From assembly GCA_021372315.1 (NCBI GenBank), contig JAJFUT010000073.1, forward strand, positions 29,677 through 93,676: a DNA stretch of 64,000 bases, given 5' to 3'. Source of the DNA: Methanobacteriota archaeon (GTDB lineage Archaea > Thermoplasmatota > Thermoplasmata > Methanomassiliicoccales > UBA472). Under the pieces are notes generated by a model that was given only the letters and a program-made list of their open reading frames with translations, did no database searches and was not told where the DNA came from. Positions within the stretch are counted from its first letter, which is position 1. Every line of letters starts with the position of its first letter. Shown here piece by piece: positions 62,920 through 64,000 of this stretch. A program made the translations under genes and the position numbers.

Positions 62920-62939
62920 ATTTCAACGATAATTGTCGA
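62920..62939 (-). promoter_or_regulatory. Imperfect palindrome TTTCAACGAT-A-ATTGTCGAAA in the acs / MIP divergent promoter, sharing a 14-mer with the actP-operon upstream region
   Basis: ATTTCAACGATAAT (62920-62933) is identical to 21526-21539. ACGATAATTGTCGA (62926-62939) matches 21501-21514 at 13 of 14 positions. Confidence 0.45.
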
Positions 62940-63125
62940 AATTTTACGAATTATGTAGATTATTTCCGAAAAAAAGTATTTGCCGATGTGGAAATCCGTT
63001 AGGTGTCGTTGCCAACACGTCCGTCATCGAAATATCGCATTTCCCCTGCGAGGCGACTTTAATATTTAATTTTTACTTTAAATTTTAATAGATGCAATAA
63101 ACTGACCCGCCCAAATAGGGATGAA

Positions 63126-63848
63126 ATGGCGACGCTGAAGCAGAATTTGACGGCAGAGTTCCTTGGGTCCATGTTCTTGGTGATCGTCGCGATAGGGTCG
63201 ACCATCTTGCCCGTCGAGGTCTTTCATGTCGACACCGGCGTTGCGGTGTTCATGAACGCGATGGCGGTCGCGATGGTCCTCTATGCCCTGATCGAGACGT
63301 TCGGTCCGATATCCGGAGCCCACTTCAATCCCGCCGTGACGCTCTCGCTCTTCCTCACGAAGGACATCAGCGCGAGGAAGGCGTCGATGTACGTCCTTAT
63401 CCAGATCATCGGAGGTATGGTCGGCCTACTGGTCACCCACCTGATGTTCTGGGACGTCAATGACACGTTGTTGACGATCAGCGAGAACTCGAAGACGCCA
63501 TCGTTGTACTTCGCCGAGTTCATCGGGACGTTCGCCCTTCTCGCGGTCATATACGGCTGCGTGAGGGCCGGCTCGAAGAACACGCCTTTGGCCGTGTCGT
63601 TCATCGTCGGCGGGCTCCTCATCACCACCTCATCGACCATGTACGCGAACCCGGTCGTCACCTTGGCGAGGGTCTTCACTTACGCCATGTGCGGAATAAC
63701 GCCTGGCGATGCCGTGATCTTCATGATGGCCGAGATCATCGGGGCGATCGCCGCAGCGGCCGTCATCGGCAAGCTGCTCTACCCGAAGAAGCTGGACAGC
63801 GTATGCACGCCGTACAATTGCCCGCCGAAGCTCATCGAGATAAAATGA
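63126..63848 (+). CDS. MIP/aquaporin-family channel with non-canonical second half-helix motif (NPA / NPV)
   Basis: SGAHFNPAVTLSLFL is the first NPA. ANPVVTLARVF sits at the second position, where canonical MIPs have NPAR. Six TM segments. Confidence 0.85.
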   Translation: MATLKQNLTAEFLGSMFLVIVAIGSTILPVEVFHVDTGVAVFMNAMAVAMVLYALIETFGPISGAHFNPAVTLSLFLTKDISARKASMYVLIQIIGGMVGLLVTHLMFWDVNDTLLTISENSKTPSLYFAEFIGTFALLAVIYGCVRAGSKNTPLAVSFIVGGLLITTSSTMYANPVVTLARVFTYAMCGITPGDAVIFMMAEIIGAIAAAAVIGKLLYPKKLDSVCTPYNCPPKLIEIK

Positions 63849-63899
63849 TCGGCAGGAGCGAATGAAGAGGCCTGAGTGAGAACGTCATCGCACGCTCTC

Positions 63900-64000
63900 T
63901 CACTTGGCCTGATGCCATTTGCCTATCGGAACTCTGATCTCGAACCTCGCCCCTTTTCCGAATATTCCGTTCTCCCTGATCTTCAGGTCGGTTATGCTGA
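63900..64000 (-). CDS. C-terminal end of a histidine kinase (HATPase_c tail); the gene runs off the right edge
   Basis: The reverse strand reads ...SITDLKIRENGIFGKGARFEIRVPIGKWHQAK-stop. GKGARFEIRVP parallels the kinase at 17163 (GKGARFRITVP). Confidence 0.6.
   Translation of the reverse strand, partial: SITDLKIRENGIFGKGARFEIRVPIGKWHQAK

Overview
Dense, GC-rich archaeal chromosomal segment with short, sharply AT-rich intergenic promoters. The archaeal call rests on gene content: glycerol-1-phosphate dehydrogenase, membrane-bound LonB, Hel308, UPF0179 and a complete archaellum operon. HdrA/MvhD-type genes, a CbiA/CfbB-type amidase and a Co/Ni ECF importer suggest a Thermoplasmata- or Methanomassiliicoccales-like anaerobe, but that placement is inference only. 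I support about 68 coding features.

Main blocks:
- Left end: hel308 (partial), lonB, NAD salvage (NMNAT + PncC), two tandem KaiC-like ATPases, purC, a YdbS/YdbT bPH membrane pair and egsA.
- A redox/signalling patch: response regulator, 7TM histidine kinase, three iron-sulfur flavoprotein (Isf) paralogs and PrsW.
- Acetate genes spread across the window: actP with a USP-DUF485 fusion, a CoA-transferase-GNAT fusion, and acs.
- sufCB, and an ABC-2 exporter.
- A tetrapyrrole/metal cluster: cbiA/cfbB, a HemL-like gene lacking the PLP lysine, hemD, and cbiM-PDGLE-cbiQ-cbiO.
- A contiguous trpEGDCFBA operon.
- The archaellum operon flaB-flaCDE-flaF-G-H-I-J, preceded by a multi-PAS pseudo-kinase.
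- Right end: a non-canonical MIP channel and a partial histidine kinase.

By eye I found no rRNA, tRNA, CRISPR array, transposase or integrase.

Most interesting candidates:
1. A dispersed acetate module sharing a 14-nt upstream motif, plus a Pat-like GNAT fused to a CoA-transferase domain.
2. A HemL-derived pseudoenzyme inside the tetrapyrrole/Ni-Co cluster.
3. An ATP-cone-Mrr nuclease fusion next to a wHTH regulator.
4. A roughly 150-nt multi-hairpin element downstream of acs.

All calls come from reading the translations and DNA. No database searches were run.
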